DNA from: a virus
Taxonomy: Duplodnaviria; Caudoviricetes
Virus record (IMG/VR): IMGVR_UViG_2896262711_000007
Span: 1-64,000 of that record
Direction: 5' to 3' (one strand)
DNA: 64,000 nucleotides
The position numbers and the translations under genes were made by a program. This document shows, one piece after another, positions 18,477 to 27,965 of this stretch. Under the pieces are notes generated by a model that saw only the letters and a list, made by a program, of their open reading frames with translations, had not been told where the DNA came from and ran no database searches. How positions within the stretch are numbered: position 1 is the stretch's first letter; each line of letters begins with the position of its first letter.

Positions 18477-19931
18477 ATGTCGGAAAAGCCCGTCGCCGAC
18501 CTCTCCAACATGCAGATCACGGAAGTCGCCGTCTGCCGGCAAGGCATGAACCAGGGTGCCAAGGTGGCGCTCTTCAAGTCGGCCGACGGCACGCCATCCC
18601 CTTCCACCAGCAGCGAGGTTCCCTCGATGTCCACTGCCTCCGGCGCGGCACCGCCCGGCGCCATCTCCAAGAACGAGACTCCCGCCTTCACCCCTTGCAA
18701 CGACTGTCCCGATCCTGCTGCCTGCACCAAGGCCGGTGCCTGCTCCATCGAGAAGGGCAACTGCAAGGCCCCGGTGACTAAGGCCCCGGCCCTGGCCGTC
18801 CCCACCGCTACGCCCGTCGCCGATCCCCTCGCCAAGTCGGCGAAGGAGATCATGGACGACTTGTTCAAGGGCATCGCCAACCCGGCGCCCGGTCTCGTCG
18901 CGGGCGTGATGAAGGCGGTCGCCGACGCCAAGGACATCGGCGGTGCGGAGGTCAAAAAGGCTACCGACGCCATCGACACCGGCGCCGCCGCCCTGGCGAA
19001 GGCGGACGATGAAGACGCCAAGACGTTCAGCCAGGTTCTGCCCGCGGAACTGGCCTGGAACGAGATGTGGCGGATGAACGACGCCCTGAACACCTCGTTC
19101 GGTTCGATCCTGCGATCCACCGAAGACGATGCCTCCAAGATCCAGATGATCGAGGCGTCGCTCGACGAATTCCGGACCATCGTCGGCCGGCGCATGGCCG
19201 CGCTCATCGCCGCCGCCAATGCCGGCACCGACGCGCTGATCAAGTCCGGCCCGGCGGGCGCCGCCGGCGCACAGACGTCCCACACCACCCCCGTCAACAA
19301 GGGAGACATTGCCGTGAGCGGCAACGCCAACAACACGAACCTTTCCGACACTCTCGCCAAGGCCGCCACCGTCGACGACATCATCAAGGCCCTGCCGGAC
19401 GGCGCCGCCAAGCTGGTGACCGACGCAATCGCCAAAGGCGGCCAGACCACCCAGGAGGATCCGATCGCCAAGGCGCTGGCGACCGACCCCATCCTGAAGG
19501 CCCGCTTCGAGGCCATGCAGAAGACCATCGACGAAACCACCGCCCTCGCCAAGGCCGAGAAGGAAGCCCGCGAGCACACCGCCCGCGTCGCCAAGGCCGG
19601 CACCGATTACCCGCACCTGCCGACCTCGGCCGAAAACATGGCCGGCGTCCTGAAGGCCATGGAAGGCCTGGACGAACCCGTACGCAAGACGCTGGAGGAA
19701 GTCCTGAAGGCCGGCAACGAGGCCATCGGCAAGAAGGTGCTGGGCGGCGAAATCGGCAAGTCCGGCGGCAGCACGGCGGCGGCCGGCGAAGCGGAGACCA
19801 TCGTCAAGGCGAAGGCGGAAGAACTGCGCAAGGCCATGCCGAGCCTGACCGAGCATCAGGCCATCGCCAAGGTCTACAACGACCACCCCGACCTCTACAC
19901 CCGCGTCCAGGCGGAGAGCCGCCCCGGCTGA
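18477..19931 (+). CDS. Capsid scaffolding/assembly protein
   Basis: N-terminal ITEVAVC..GMN.GAKVALFKS; Ala/Lys-rich coiled coil; C-terminal QAIAKVYNDHPDLY; lies between protease and capsid genes. Confidence 0.75.
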   Translation: MSEKPVADLSNMQITEVAVCRQGMNQGAKVALFKSADGTPSPSTSSEVPSMSTASGAAPPGAISKNETPAFTPCNDCPDPAACTKAGACSIEKGNCKAPVTKAPALAVPTATPVADPLAKSAKEIMDDLFKGIANPAPGLVAGVMKAVADAKDIGGAEVKKATDAIDTGAAALAKADDEDAKTFSQVLPAELAWNEMWRMNDALNTSFGSILRSTEDDASKIQMIEASLDEFRTIVGRRMAALIAAANAGTDALIKSGPAGAAGAQTSHTTPVNKGDIAVSGNANNTNLSDTLAKAATVDDIIKALPDGAAKLVTDAIAKGGQTTQEDPIAKALATDPILKARFEAMQKTIDETTALAKAEKEAREHTARVAKAGTDYPHLPTSAENMAGVLKAMEGLDEPVRKTLEEVLKAGNEAIGKKVLGGEIGKSGGSTAAAGEAETIVKAKAEELRKAMPSLTEHQAIAKVYNDHPDLYTRVQAESRPG

Positions 19932-19989
19932 ACCCACTCCCTGGCGCCCGCTGACCCACCATTCCGCAGACCATAGGAGGACCTGACCC

Positions 19990-20379
19990 ATGGGTCTCGC
20001 TTACGAAGCAAACATGACCCGCATCGGCACGTTCGTTGCCGGCGAGGACATGACCGACCACCAATACAAGGCCGTGATACTCTCCACGACCGCCGACGAC
20101 ACCGCCGTCAAGCCGACCGGTCAGGGCGTCCGCTGCATCGGCATCCTGCAGAACGCGCCGAAGGCCGGCCAGCAGTGCGACATCTGCATCGCGGGTATCT
20201 CCCCGGTGATCGGCGGCGCCTCCGTTACGCGCGGCAGCACCGTCACGGTCAACGCCGCGGACGGTGAAGTCGGGCCCGCCAGTTCCGGCGACTATGTGTT
20301 GGGCATCCTGACGCAGAGCATCACCGACGGCGCCAAGCAGTCGATGCTCGTTCAGCCGCAGCTCGTGCCGCTCGCCTGA
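19990..20379 (+). CDS. Capsid cement/decoration protein (DUF2190-like)
   Basis: AGEDM..HQYKAV, IGILQNAPKAG, GASVTRG; AGGAGG RBS; immediately before the major capsid gene. Confidence 0.75.
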   Translation: MGLAYEANMTRIGTFVAGEDMTDHQYKAVILSTTADDTAVKPTGQGVRCIGILQNAPKAGQQCDICIAGISPVIGGASVTRGSTVTVNAADGEVGPASSGDYVLGILTQSITDGAKQSMLVQPQLVPLA

Positions 20380-20447
20380 CGGGCGCCCCGCCGACCTGAC
20401 CAAACCCAGCATTCAATCGGACCAATCGGATAAGGAGACTTTCCGAA

Positions 20448-21416
20448 ATGCCCTCGCCTACCCTGAACATGGCCCATGTGGACCGCCCGTTGACGAACAT
20501 GTCGATTGCCTACATGCAGTCGGCAACGGGCTTCGTCTTCAATCGGGTCTTCCCTCTCGTGTACGTCGAGAAGGAGAGCGACAAGTATTACGTCTTCGAC
20601 ATTGAGACCTTCCTGCGCGGTCGGGCGCGGCGTCGCGCTGACGGAACCGAGTCCGCTGGCGGCGGCTATAAGCTGTCGACTGACAGCTACTCGCTTGGCG
20701 ATCCGTTCGCATTCCACAAGGATGTGACGAAGCGTGAGCGGGACAACGCCGATAAGCCGCTCGATCCGGACCGGAACGCCACCGATTTCGTGACTCAGAA
20801 CATCCTGATCACCGCCGAGGAAGAGTGGGTCGGCAACTTCTTCAAGCCGGGTGTCTGGGACGGCCAGAAGATTGGCGGCGACACCACGCCCTTCTGGAAC
20901 GACTATGCGTCCAGCAACCCGATCACTGCCGTCGCGGATGCTCGGCTGTGGATCTGGAAGAACACCGGCCGCAAGCCGAACAAGTTCACCGTCGATCCGA
21001 CGACCGACGAGGTGCTGAAGAACCACCCGCTCATCCTCGACCGGACCGAGGGGCAGGTGATCGACGCCAATGTGCTGGCGAAGCTGTTCGAGGTGGATGA
21101 ATACCTCGTCGCCGGCGGCGTCCATCGCACCGGGGCGGAAGGGGTCGGCACCGGCGACTTCATCGCCGGGAAGCACGCCCTGCTGTCCTACGCTGCGCCG
21201 AATCCGGCGAAGGAGATGCCGTCCTGTGGTTACACCTTCGCCAAGACCGGCTCCGGCGTCGAAGGTGTCGACAAGGGCGTGCGTATCGCCCGCATCCCGA
21301 TGGACGTGCTCGGCATCGGCACCCAACGCATCGAGGGCGAGCTGTTCATCAACGCCAAGGTGACCGGCCAGCCGCTGGGCTTCTTCTTCGCCGACATTGT
21401 CGAGCAAGTGGCATGA
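20448..21416 (+). CDS. Major capsid protein
   Basis: HVDRPLTNMSIAY.Q, FP.V.V.KESDKYY, PSCGYTF; TAAGGAG RBS. Confidence 0.88.
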   Translation: MPSPTLNMAHVDRPLTNMSIAYMQSATGFVFNRVFPLVYVEKESDKYYVFDIETFLRGRARRRADGTESAGGGYKLSTDSYSLGDPFAFHKDVTKRERDNADKPLDPDRNATDFVTQNILITAEEEWVGNFFKPGVWDGQKIGGDTTPFWNDYASSNPITAVADARLWIWKNTGRKPNKFTVDPTTDEVLKNHPLILDRTEGQVIDANVLAKLFEVDEYLVAGGVHRTGAEGVGTGDFIAGKHALLSYAAPNPAKEMPSCGYTFAKTGSGVEGVDKGVRIARIPMDVLGIGTQRIEGELFINAKVTGQPLGFFFADIVEQVA

Positions 21417-22018
21417 TGAAGGAAGCCATTGGCCAGTTCGGTGGGAGGGTGCGCAAGCCCCTCCGCACTGGCATCGGTGTTCTCTGCATCGGCACGGAGA
21501 TCACCGCCGAACAGGCCGCGAAATGGCCCACGCAGAACCGCATGGCCATGGCCCGGACGGAGCATGTGTTCTGGTATCCGGCACCCTTCCAGAGCGAAGC
21601 CCCCACCGAAGGGACCGGCCCGGCGGACAGCGGCGCGCAACCCGAAACGGCGACGGCAACGGTCGCGCTGGGGGCGGGCATGGAGCCCGCGGTGACCAGC
21701 GTTACCTCCGCCGAGAAGGCGGATGGTGACACCTCCCCCACCGCGCCAACGGCTTCGTCGACCACGGCAACCAAAGGAGCCGGACCGGCGGGCACTGCAG
21801 AGCAGACGGAGCCGCCTCCGAGCGGTCAGCCTGCCTCACCACCTGCTGGCCCGGGCCTGCCGACCATCGACCCCGAAACGGCCGAGCGTGACGAGCTGCG
21901 CGCCTGGCTGATCAAGGCCGGTGACGAGCCGGCCCCGGCGCTCGGAACCGACAAGCTCCGTCAGCGGGTCCGCGACAAGCTCGCGCTCTCCTCCGGCGGC
22001 AGCAACCAGGAGGGATAA
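21413..22018 (+). CDS. Hypothetical virion-associated protein (low-complexity linker, short helical C-terminal domain)
   Basis: ATGA overlap with the capsid stop; C-terminal ERDELRAWL...LGTDKLRQRV. Confidence 0.65.
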   Translation: MMKEAIGQFGGRVRKPLRTGIGVLCIGTEITAEQAAKWPTQNRMAMARTEHVFWYPAPFQSEAPTEGTGPADSGAQPETATATVALGAGMEPAVTSVTSAEKADGDTSPTAPTASSTTATKGAGPAGTAEQTEPPPSGQPASPPAGPGLPTIDPETAERDELRAWLIKAGDEPAPALGTDKLRQRVRDKLALSSGGSNQEG

Positions 22019-22024
22019 GCCATC

Positions 22025-22372
22025 ATGAACGTCGAAAAGCGTTTCCAGGGAGGCATCGCCGTCGGCGGCATCCAGGTGGGCAATGGTACCGGGATCAAGG
22101 CGGTGACCATCTTCCATGCCCCGGTCGCCGCGAGCAACGTCGCTGCGGCATCGACAGCTACCAGCACCATCACGGCCACCGGTGTGAAGGCGGGGGACAT
22201 CCTGATCGGCTTTCAGCCCCCCGCGGTTGCCGGTCATCTGAAGCCGGTGACGGCGCGGGTTTCGGCCAATGACACCATCGAGGTGACCTGGGTGAACCCG
22301 ACGGCCGGTCAGCTTTCCTTCAACAGCGGCGTCGCGACGGCCGCCTTCACCGTGCTTCGACCGTTCGCGTAA
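22025..22372 (+). CDS. Hypothetical structural protein (decoration/fibre-like)
   Basis: GGAGG RBS; beta-rich TITATGVKAGD, ARVSANDTIEV. Confidence 0.7.
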   Translation: MNVEKRFQGGIAVGGIQVGNGTGIKAVTIFHAPVAASNVAAASTATSTITATGVKAGDILIGFQPPAVAGHLKPVTARVSANDTIEVTWVNPTAGQLSFNSGVATAAFTVLRPFA

Positions 22373-22468
22373 CGGCGGACTGCCCAGCACCGCGGCGGAT
22401 GCGGCTCCTCGGACCTCATCCGCCTCCTTCCTGCCGGCGGCGCCGGCACTTCTGGGAGAAAGACCGCC

Positions 22469-22969
22469 ATGCGCATCGCCGCACGCCTGACAATGGGGCT
22501 GCTGGTCGGCGCGATAGCCCTCATCGCCGTCGCCGCTGACGCTCAGCAGCAGCTTCCCTCACCGCCCATCCCTCAGCACATCGACAGCTTTTCGACCGCG
22601 GTTGGGTCGCTGCTGCAGATCCTCTACACCGGCGGGCCGCTGGTGATGATCGTCACCATCCTGTGCTTCTTCGCGACCACCGCGTGGCTGATCTACTGGC
22701 TTCGCTTCATCGTCAGACCCATCGGCTCACTGCTCATCATGTTCCGGCGGGGAACAACCGAGCGGGAGCAGGAGCTTGAGAGGAAGCTGGCCGCAGCGGA
22801 GCGGAAGCTGTCCCGCATGGAGGGGGTTGTCGAGAAGATGCAACACCAGCTCGAAGAGCAGGCCCGCATCCTCGATGCCATAGCCCCGTTCGTCGACCCC
22901 ACCAAGTTCGACCCAGAGGCTTTGCGCAACCTCTTCCGGGGAGCGGCACCGGTGCCGCAAGGGGCATGA
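22469..22969 (+). CDS. Membrane protein with signal peptide, TM helix and coiled coil
   Basis: Hydrophobic N-terminus, TM segment LVMIVTILCFFATTAWLIYW, heptad-rich C-terminus. Confidence 0.65.
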   Translation: MRIAARLTMGLLVGAIALIAVAADAQQQLPSPPIPQHIDSFSTAVGSLLQILYTGGPLVMIVTILCFFATTAWLIYWLRFIVRPIGSLLIMFRRGTTEREQELERKLAAAERKLSRMEGVVEKMQHQLEEQARILDAIAPFVDPTKFDPEALRNLFRGAAPVPQGA

Positions 22970-23556
22970 CCACCCGCCTCTTCCGAACCATCGCCCGGAC
23001 CGTCGCCAAGGCGGTCCCGGCCGCCGGCGCAGCCTATGACCTCCTCCTGCAGCAGGAGGTCAGCGGCACAGCAACCGTCGACGGAACCTTCTCCGAAGGC
23101 GCGGCTACGATCGACATCAGCGGCATCCCTGCTGGGTTCGGGCCCGGCCTTCTGATCGGCGACAAGCTGAAGGTCGGCGCCGATCCGACGACTTATACCG
23201 TGGTCGCTCCGGCCGCGGTGGCAACTGGGAGGGCAGCGGGAGTGGCCCTCTCCCCTCCCCTTTCCTACCAAGCGAACGACGGCGGCGCCGTCGACATCGC
23301 CCGGTCAGCCTCGCACTTCTGCAAGGGGCTGGAGACCGCCTTCGCCGCCTATTCCATCGCGCAAAGCGATGTGTGCGCCACGGACGTCAAAGTGCTGATC
23401 CTGGCAGGCACGCTGCCGGCTGGCGTCAGCCCTCAGCCGGGCGACCGCATCACCACGCCGAACCGGATCGTGACCATCGTCCCCGCAGGAACGCCCGGCC
23501 GCCCCGCGGTGGTCACTGACCCCGCTGGGGCTACCCATGAATGCCGGTGTGCCTGA
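22966..23556 (+). CDS. Head-closure/head-tail joining protein (putative)
   Basis: ATGA overlap; C-terminal DVKVLILA...PQPGDRI...DPAGATHEC typical of head-closure proteins. Confidence 0.6.
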   Translation: MTTRLFRTIARTVAKAVPAAGAAYDLLLQQEVSGTATVDGTFSEGAATIDISGIPAGFGPGLLIGDKLKVGADPTTYTVVAPAAVATGRAAGVALSPPLSYQANDGGAVDIARSASHFCKGLETAFAAYSIAQSDVCATDVKVLILAGTLPAGVSPQPGDRITTPNRIVTIVPAGTPGRPAVVTDPAGATHECRCA

Positions 23557-24011
23557 GCAGGCACCCTCCACAACCGGACCATAGCCATAATCGACCTCAC
23601 AAACCCGCTGTACACAGCAGCGTCAAGCTACGACGCCCGTCGCTCTGGGACGGGCTCCATCACCCGTCCCAACCAGCTCGGCCAGCCGTTTCCAAGGGGA
23701 CACCGCCGCACCTATGTTCATGCCGATGCGGAGCAGGTTGCCGTACTCGCTAAGCGTGTCTACGGCTTTGCCAAAGCCGTCTCCTGTCCCATCGTGCCGA
23801 GGAAACCGGCCCATGCGATCAGGAAAAATCCAGACAGATTGAAGCGAAGGTGATTGGAAGCGATGGTCGCGATTCAGAAAAGCGGCACATTGATTGAGGT
23901 ATTTATGTAGGAAATGAAATTCTTAGGAATGAAAGTTTTGAATTTAACTTGCAGCATTTTACTCATTTGGCATACGGTGAATATAGAAAAAGCATTCATT
24001 GGAGAGATGCC

Positions 24012-24452
24012 ATGGAAACCAATGCGCCGGTCAGCAAGGTGGAGTTGACGGAACTGACTGCAAAAATCGTCGCAGCCTACGTCAGTAAGAACACTCTGCC
24101 TCATGACCAGCTTCCGGCCGTCATCAGCACGGTCTACAGCTCCATCGCCAATGCAGGCCAACCGCAAATTACGGTGGTCGAGGCCAGCAGCAAGCCGCCC
24201 GCCGTGCCGATCAAAAAGTCGGTCGCGGCGGACTTCATTATCTGCCTGGAGGATGGGAAGAAACTGAAGATGCTGAAGCGGTATCTCCGGACGACCTACA
24301 ACCTCTCGCCCGAAGAATATCGCGCGAAGTGGGGCCTGCCGCCGGAATACCCGATGGTCGCCCCAAACTACGCAAAGGCGCGGTCGGAAATGGCGATCAA
24401 CCTCGGTCTCGGCCGCAAGGCTGGATCGAATGCGCCGCGCCGCGCAGCATAG
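24012..24452 (+). CDS. mucR: MucR/Ros family transcriptional regulator
   Basis: LTAKIVAAYVS.N, PAVPIKKSV, IICLEDGKKLKMLKRYL, YRAKWGLP.EYPMVAPNYA..RS.MA...GLG. Confidence 0.95.
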   Translation: METNAPVSKVELTELTAKIVAAYVSKNTLPHDQLPAVISTVYSSIANAGQPQITVVEASSKPPAVPIKKSVAADFIICLEDGKKLKMLKRYLRTTYNLSPEEYRAKWGLPPEYPMVAPNYAKARSEMAINLGLGRKAGSNAPRRAA

Positions 24453-24490
24453 CCGCAGCATCGCAGCTTAGGCCCAGTCCTCCCGGCTAT

Positions 24491-24532
24491 CAGGGGCGTC
24501 AACGGTTAGGCCGGGGACGCCCCTGCGTTTTT
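24491..24532 (+). terminator. Intrinsic terminator after mucR
   Basis: CAGGGGCGTC/GACGCCCCTG 10-bp stem followed by CGTTTTT. Confidence 0.6.
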
Positions 24533-24545
24533 GGGAGAGCCTTCG

Positions 24546-25004
24546 ATGACAGCCTTTACCATCCGCCCTGGATCAAAGGGCGGCCTCATCGACTTCAACG
24601 CCAACCTCAAGGCTTTTGCCGATTCCGTAGATGCCACCGTAGAGGTCGCCGCGCGCAAGATCGCGCAGGCGCTCTACAATGGCGTCGTGCAGCGGACGCC
24701 CGTCGACACCGGCTTCGCCCGTAGCCAATGGCAGATCCTTCTCGAAGGCGACGAGGTCGCAGTCCGTCCGGTCGGCGACCACACCGCGGAAGACCTTGCG
24801 AAGCTCTCGACCTTCACCACGGTTGGAACCGGCTCCATCCTGATCGCCAACGGCGCCATCTACATCAAGAAGCTGGAGTACGAGGGGCACAGCCAGCAGG
24901 CACCGGAGGGCATGGCACGCGTCACCCTGGCGGAGGTGCAGGCCCAGATGGACATGATCATGAAGGCTGCCGCTCAGGAAGCGGCCGGCCGCAGGAAGCC
25001 CTGA
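24546..25004 (+). CDS. Tail completion/neck protein (HK97 gp10-like)
   Basis: RTPVDTGFARSQW, N.A.YI.KLEY.GHSQQAP.GM. Confidence 0.85.
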   Translation: MTAFTIRPGSKGGLIDFNANLKAFADSVDATVEVAARKIAQALYNGVVQRTPVDTGFARSQWQILLEGDEVAVRPVGDHTAEDLAKLSTFTTVGTGSILIANGAIYIKKLEYEGHSQQAPEGMARVTLAEVQAQMDMIMKAAAQEAAGRRKP

Positions 25005-25006
25005 CC

Positions 25007-25465
25007 ATGGCGGTGACCAACGGCTACGGCGCCGAATGGCTGCTCCTCTTCGGCGTTCTGGAGACGGGCTGGATGAGGCGGCATCGGGAATTCCCGGTCG
25101 CGAAGCCATGGGGCAAGGAGGTGAACCGCGACATCGATTGCAAGGTCAATGGCCAGCCGATCCCATATCTGCGGCTGTCGCGCCGCGGTGCCGGCGGGCA
25201 GCCTATCGAGATCGGCAGCCCTGGGGCCAACTCCAGCGCATTCACTAGCCTCTGCATCGTCGACATCTTCGTGCCAAAGAATGACGGCGCCCCGCTCGCC
25301 TCCGCGTATGGGGACGAGCTCATGGACGACTTCGCAGCCTTCTTCCGCGAACCGGGTCTGCTCCGTCTCCGCCGGAGCCATTACAGCGACGTCGGAACGG
25401 AGTCGACCGGCGTCTGGTACCAGGGGTCGCTGACCATCACCTATGAGCGCCACCGCGCCCAGTAG
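25007..25465 (+). CDS. Tail terminator protein (putative)
   Basis: Between neck and tube genes; PYLRL, IVDIFVPKNDG, WYQGSLTITY. Confidence 0.7.
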   Translation: MAVTNGYGAEWLLLFGVLETGWMRRHREFPVAKPWGKEVNRDIDCKVNGQPIPYLRLSRRGAGGQPIEIGSPGANSSAFTSLCIVDIFVPKNDGAPLASAYGDELMDDFAAFFREPGLLRLRRSHYSDVGTESTGVWYQGSLTITYERHRAQ

Positions 25466-25566
25466 AGGGCCAGCACCCCGCCGCGCCCAACCACCGCAAC
25501 TGCACCACCACAGCGCCGCCGGCACCCGCCGCGCGGCTTTTTTTGTGCCCACAGGAGGGGCCACCG

Positions 25567-26772
25567 ATGGGAACCACCGGGATGAACACCGCGGCGGTCG
25601 AAACGACCGACGTCGTCATGTCCTACGGCCTGGAGTCGCAGTGGGGCGTTGCCCCCGCGACAACCTTCCAGGCGTGGCGCATGACCTCCGAAAGCATGGC
25701 GGGCAAGAAGACCCGCTCGCGACCGGATGAGATCAACGACTCCGCCCAGGTCAGCGCGGCCGTCACCACCCAGGAAGGGGCCGACGGCGCGATCAATCTC
25801 GCGCTCAGCTACGGCACCTACGACGATGCCTTCTGCTCGCTGCTGAACTCGTCCTGGTCGAACGCCCTGAACATCGCCGGCACCAGCGGCGACATCGCCT
25901 TCGTCGCCCAGGCCGGCGGAAACAAGATCACCAGCACGACGTCCAACAAGTTCCAGAACGTCGTGGCCGGCCAGTACATCAAGGTCATGGGCTGCGCCGC
26001 GGCGCCCGGCGGCAACAGCGCATCGTTCTTCGTCAAGGTCGACAGCAAGCCGGACAACCAGACGCTGATCGTCAGCGGCAAGGCGCTGGTGGCGGAAAGC
26101 CCAGCGGGCGCCGCGGTGACCATCCGCGGGTCGATGATCCGGAACAGCAACGTCGGCCAGACGCTGTTCGTCCAGAAGAAGCTGGGCACCGCCGGCTTCC
26201 TGACCTATCCCGGCAGTTTCGCCTCCGGCGGCAACCTCGACTGCCAACAGGGTCAGTTCACCACCGGCTCGATCAACTACATTTCGCAGATCGAGAACAA
26301 GGCGCTGGTCGACAGCTCCACCGGTGGCGTTCTGCCCGCGCCGACCGGCCCGGTCATCGATCCTGTCGCCGGCATGCAGAACCTGACGATCAACGGCACC
26401 GCCATCGCGGCGGCCGTGCAGTCGCTGAAGCTGCAATTCCAGAAGGAAGGTGCTGCGGCGCACTACGCCTTGATGTCGTCCGGCGCGGTGATGATCACGA
26501 AGGGCAAGCTGGCGGTCACCGGCACGGCCGAACTCTATTTCGCCAATTTCAACGAATACGACCGGTTCAAGTCCGAATCGATGGCGCCGATTTCCTACCG
26601 GCAAGTCGACAAGACTGGCGCGGCCTACGTGCTGACGCTCATCAACGCCGGCCTGATGAATCCGAAGATCACCGCCGGCGGGCCGGGCCGTCCGGTCGTC
26701 GCGTCCTTCGAACTGGAGGGCAACCCTGATCCGGTTACCGGCGCCACCTTCCAGATGGACCGCGCGGCCTGA
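25567..26772 (+). CDS. Major tail tube protein
   Basis: YGLESQWGVAP, RMTSESM, VTGTAELYF; GGAGG RBS; no sheath gene, so siphovirus. Confidence 0.85.
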   Translation: MGTTGMNTAAVETTDVVMSYGLESQWGVAPATTFQAWRMTSESMAGKKTRSRPDEINDSAQVSAAVTTQEGADGAINLALSYGTYDDAFCSLLNSSWSNALNIAGTSGDIAFVAQAGGNKITSTTSNKFQNVVAGQYIKVMGCAAAPGGNSASFFVKVDSKPDNQTLIVSGKALVAESPAGAAVTIRGSMIRNSNVGQTLFVQKKLGTAGFLTYPGSFASGGNLDCQQGQFTTGSINYISQIENKALVDSSTGGVLPAPTGPVIDPVAGMQNLTINGTAIAAAVQSLKLQFQKEGAAAHYALMSSGAVMITKGKLAVTGTAELYFANFNEYDRFKSESMAPISYRQVDKTGAAYVLTLINAGLMNPKITAGGPGRPVVASFELEGNPDPVTGATFQMDRAA

Positions 26773-26780
26773 GCGCCGGA

Positions 26781-27239
26781 ATGGAGAAGACAATGCAGAC
26801 CGAACAGACCGCCGTCCTGGCTCCGACCGGCAACCACACTTGGTCGATCACCATCGACGGCGTTACGGACGAGGCCTTCCGCGTCTTCTGGCACGGCGAA
26901 GGCCGAACCGAGTTCCGCCGGACCGAAGGCGGCGACGTCGAGCACGTCGTCGTGTCGGGGCTCCAGGACGACTTCCAGAAAACCGAGGCCGCGCTCGAAG
27001 CTCCGGTGCTGTCGCTCAGCCACCCCGAGATGTGGCAGAAGGCCGCGCCGGAGGATATCTCGGCGTCGCCCGCCCCTGATGAGGCCCTGAACGCGCCAGC
27101 CGGGTCCGCAACGCCTGCCACGCTGGCCATCACCGAGACCGCAGTGCCTGACCTGTCGACCTCGCGCCGCCGCCGTTCCACCGGTGGCGACAGCGACGCC
27201 CAGGCGACCGAAACCGCCACGGATACCCTGGAGGGCTGA
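26781..27239 (+). CDS. Hypothetical protein
   Basis: 152-aa ORF directly after the tube gene. Confidence 0.6.
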   Translation: MEKTMQTEQTAVLAPTGNHTWSITIDGVTDEAFRVFWHGEGRTEFRRTEGGDVEHVVVSGLQDDFQKTEAALEAPVLSLSHPEMWQKAAPEDISASPAPDEALNAPAGSATPATLAITETAVPDLSTSRRRRSTGGDSDAQATETATDTLEG

Positions 27240-27405
27240 CACCCTCCCCTCAGCAAATACCGAGACCCCGGCCCGACAGCCGGGAAACCTGCCAGCCAGC
27301 CGGCCGGCGGGGTGGTGGCGCGTGCCCATGATGGGAGCGCCACGAGGGGCGGTGTGTCGGCGCCGCCCCATCCCTCATCCAACCGACATTGGAAAGACAG
27401 AGACC

Positions 27406-27954
27406 ATGAACGCCTTCGCAAATACCGATCTCACTGCCGACGCCCTGGCCTCCGATGCGATGAACAACCGCGCCTTCTTCAATACCGACCCCGCCCTTGA
27501 GTCGGGGATTGGCATCAAGGTCTTCATCGGTGACTGGGGCTTCAAGACGAAGCGCGCCGGCGGCTCCAACAAGGCGTTCAGCGCCCGCATGACGATCGTG
27601 CGCAAGCCCTACGAGCGCCTGCTGTCGGCCAAGCCCGGCCCGAATGACGAAGCGCTGGTCATCCAGCAGCAGGAAATCATGCAGAAGCTGCTGATCCGCG
27701 CCTCGGCCGAGAAGCTGCTTCTGCCGGAGTGGGAGGGCGTCACCTTGGCTGACCTCCACGCCTCGCTGGAAGACGGCTCGATGCCAGAGGGCATGACCGC
27801 GTCGGATCCGGCCCCGTTCAGTATCGAGAACGCCGTGCTGCTGTTCAGCAGGTTCCCGGAGAGCTTCGACGAGTTCTTCGGTGAAGCGTCCAAGATGGGC
27901 AACTTCCGCCGGCAGCTGGTGCAGGATCAGGCGGGAAACTCCGCGAGCGCCTGA
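27406..27954 (+). CDS. Tail assembly chaperone (lambda G-like)
   Basis: TDPALE.G, KRAGGSNKAF, WEGV, PFS.ENA..LF..FP; ends at a slippery site. Confidence 0.85.
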   Translation: MNAFANTDLTADALASDAMNNRAFFNTDPALESGIGIKVFIGDWGFKTKRAGGSNKAFSARMTIVRKPYERLLSAKPGPNDEALVIQQQEIMQKLLIRASAEKLLLPEWEGVTLADLHASLEDGSMPEGMTASDPAPFSIENAVLLFSRFPESFDEFFGEASKMGNFRRQLVQDQAGNSASA

Positions 27955-27965
27955 GATGGGCGCTT
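27933..27965 (+). other. Programmed -1 frameshift signal (G GGA AAC plus hairpin)
   Basis: In-frame G GGA AAC at 27933-39; stem GAGCGCCT/GGGCGCTT at 27945-65; -1 frame open to 28265. Confidence 0.85.
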
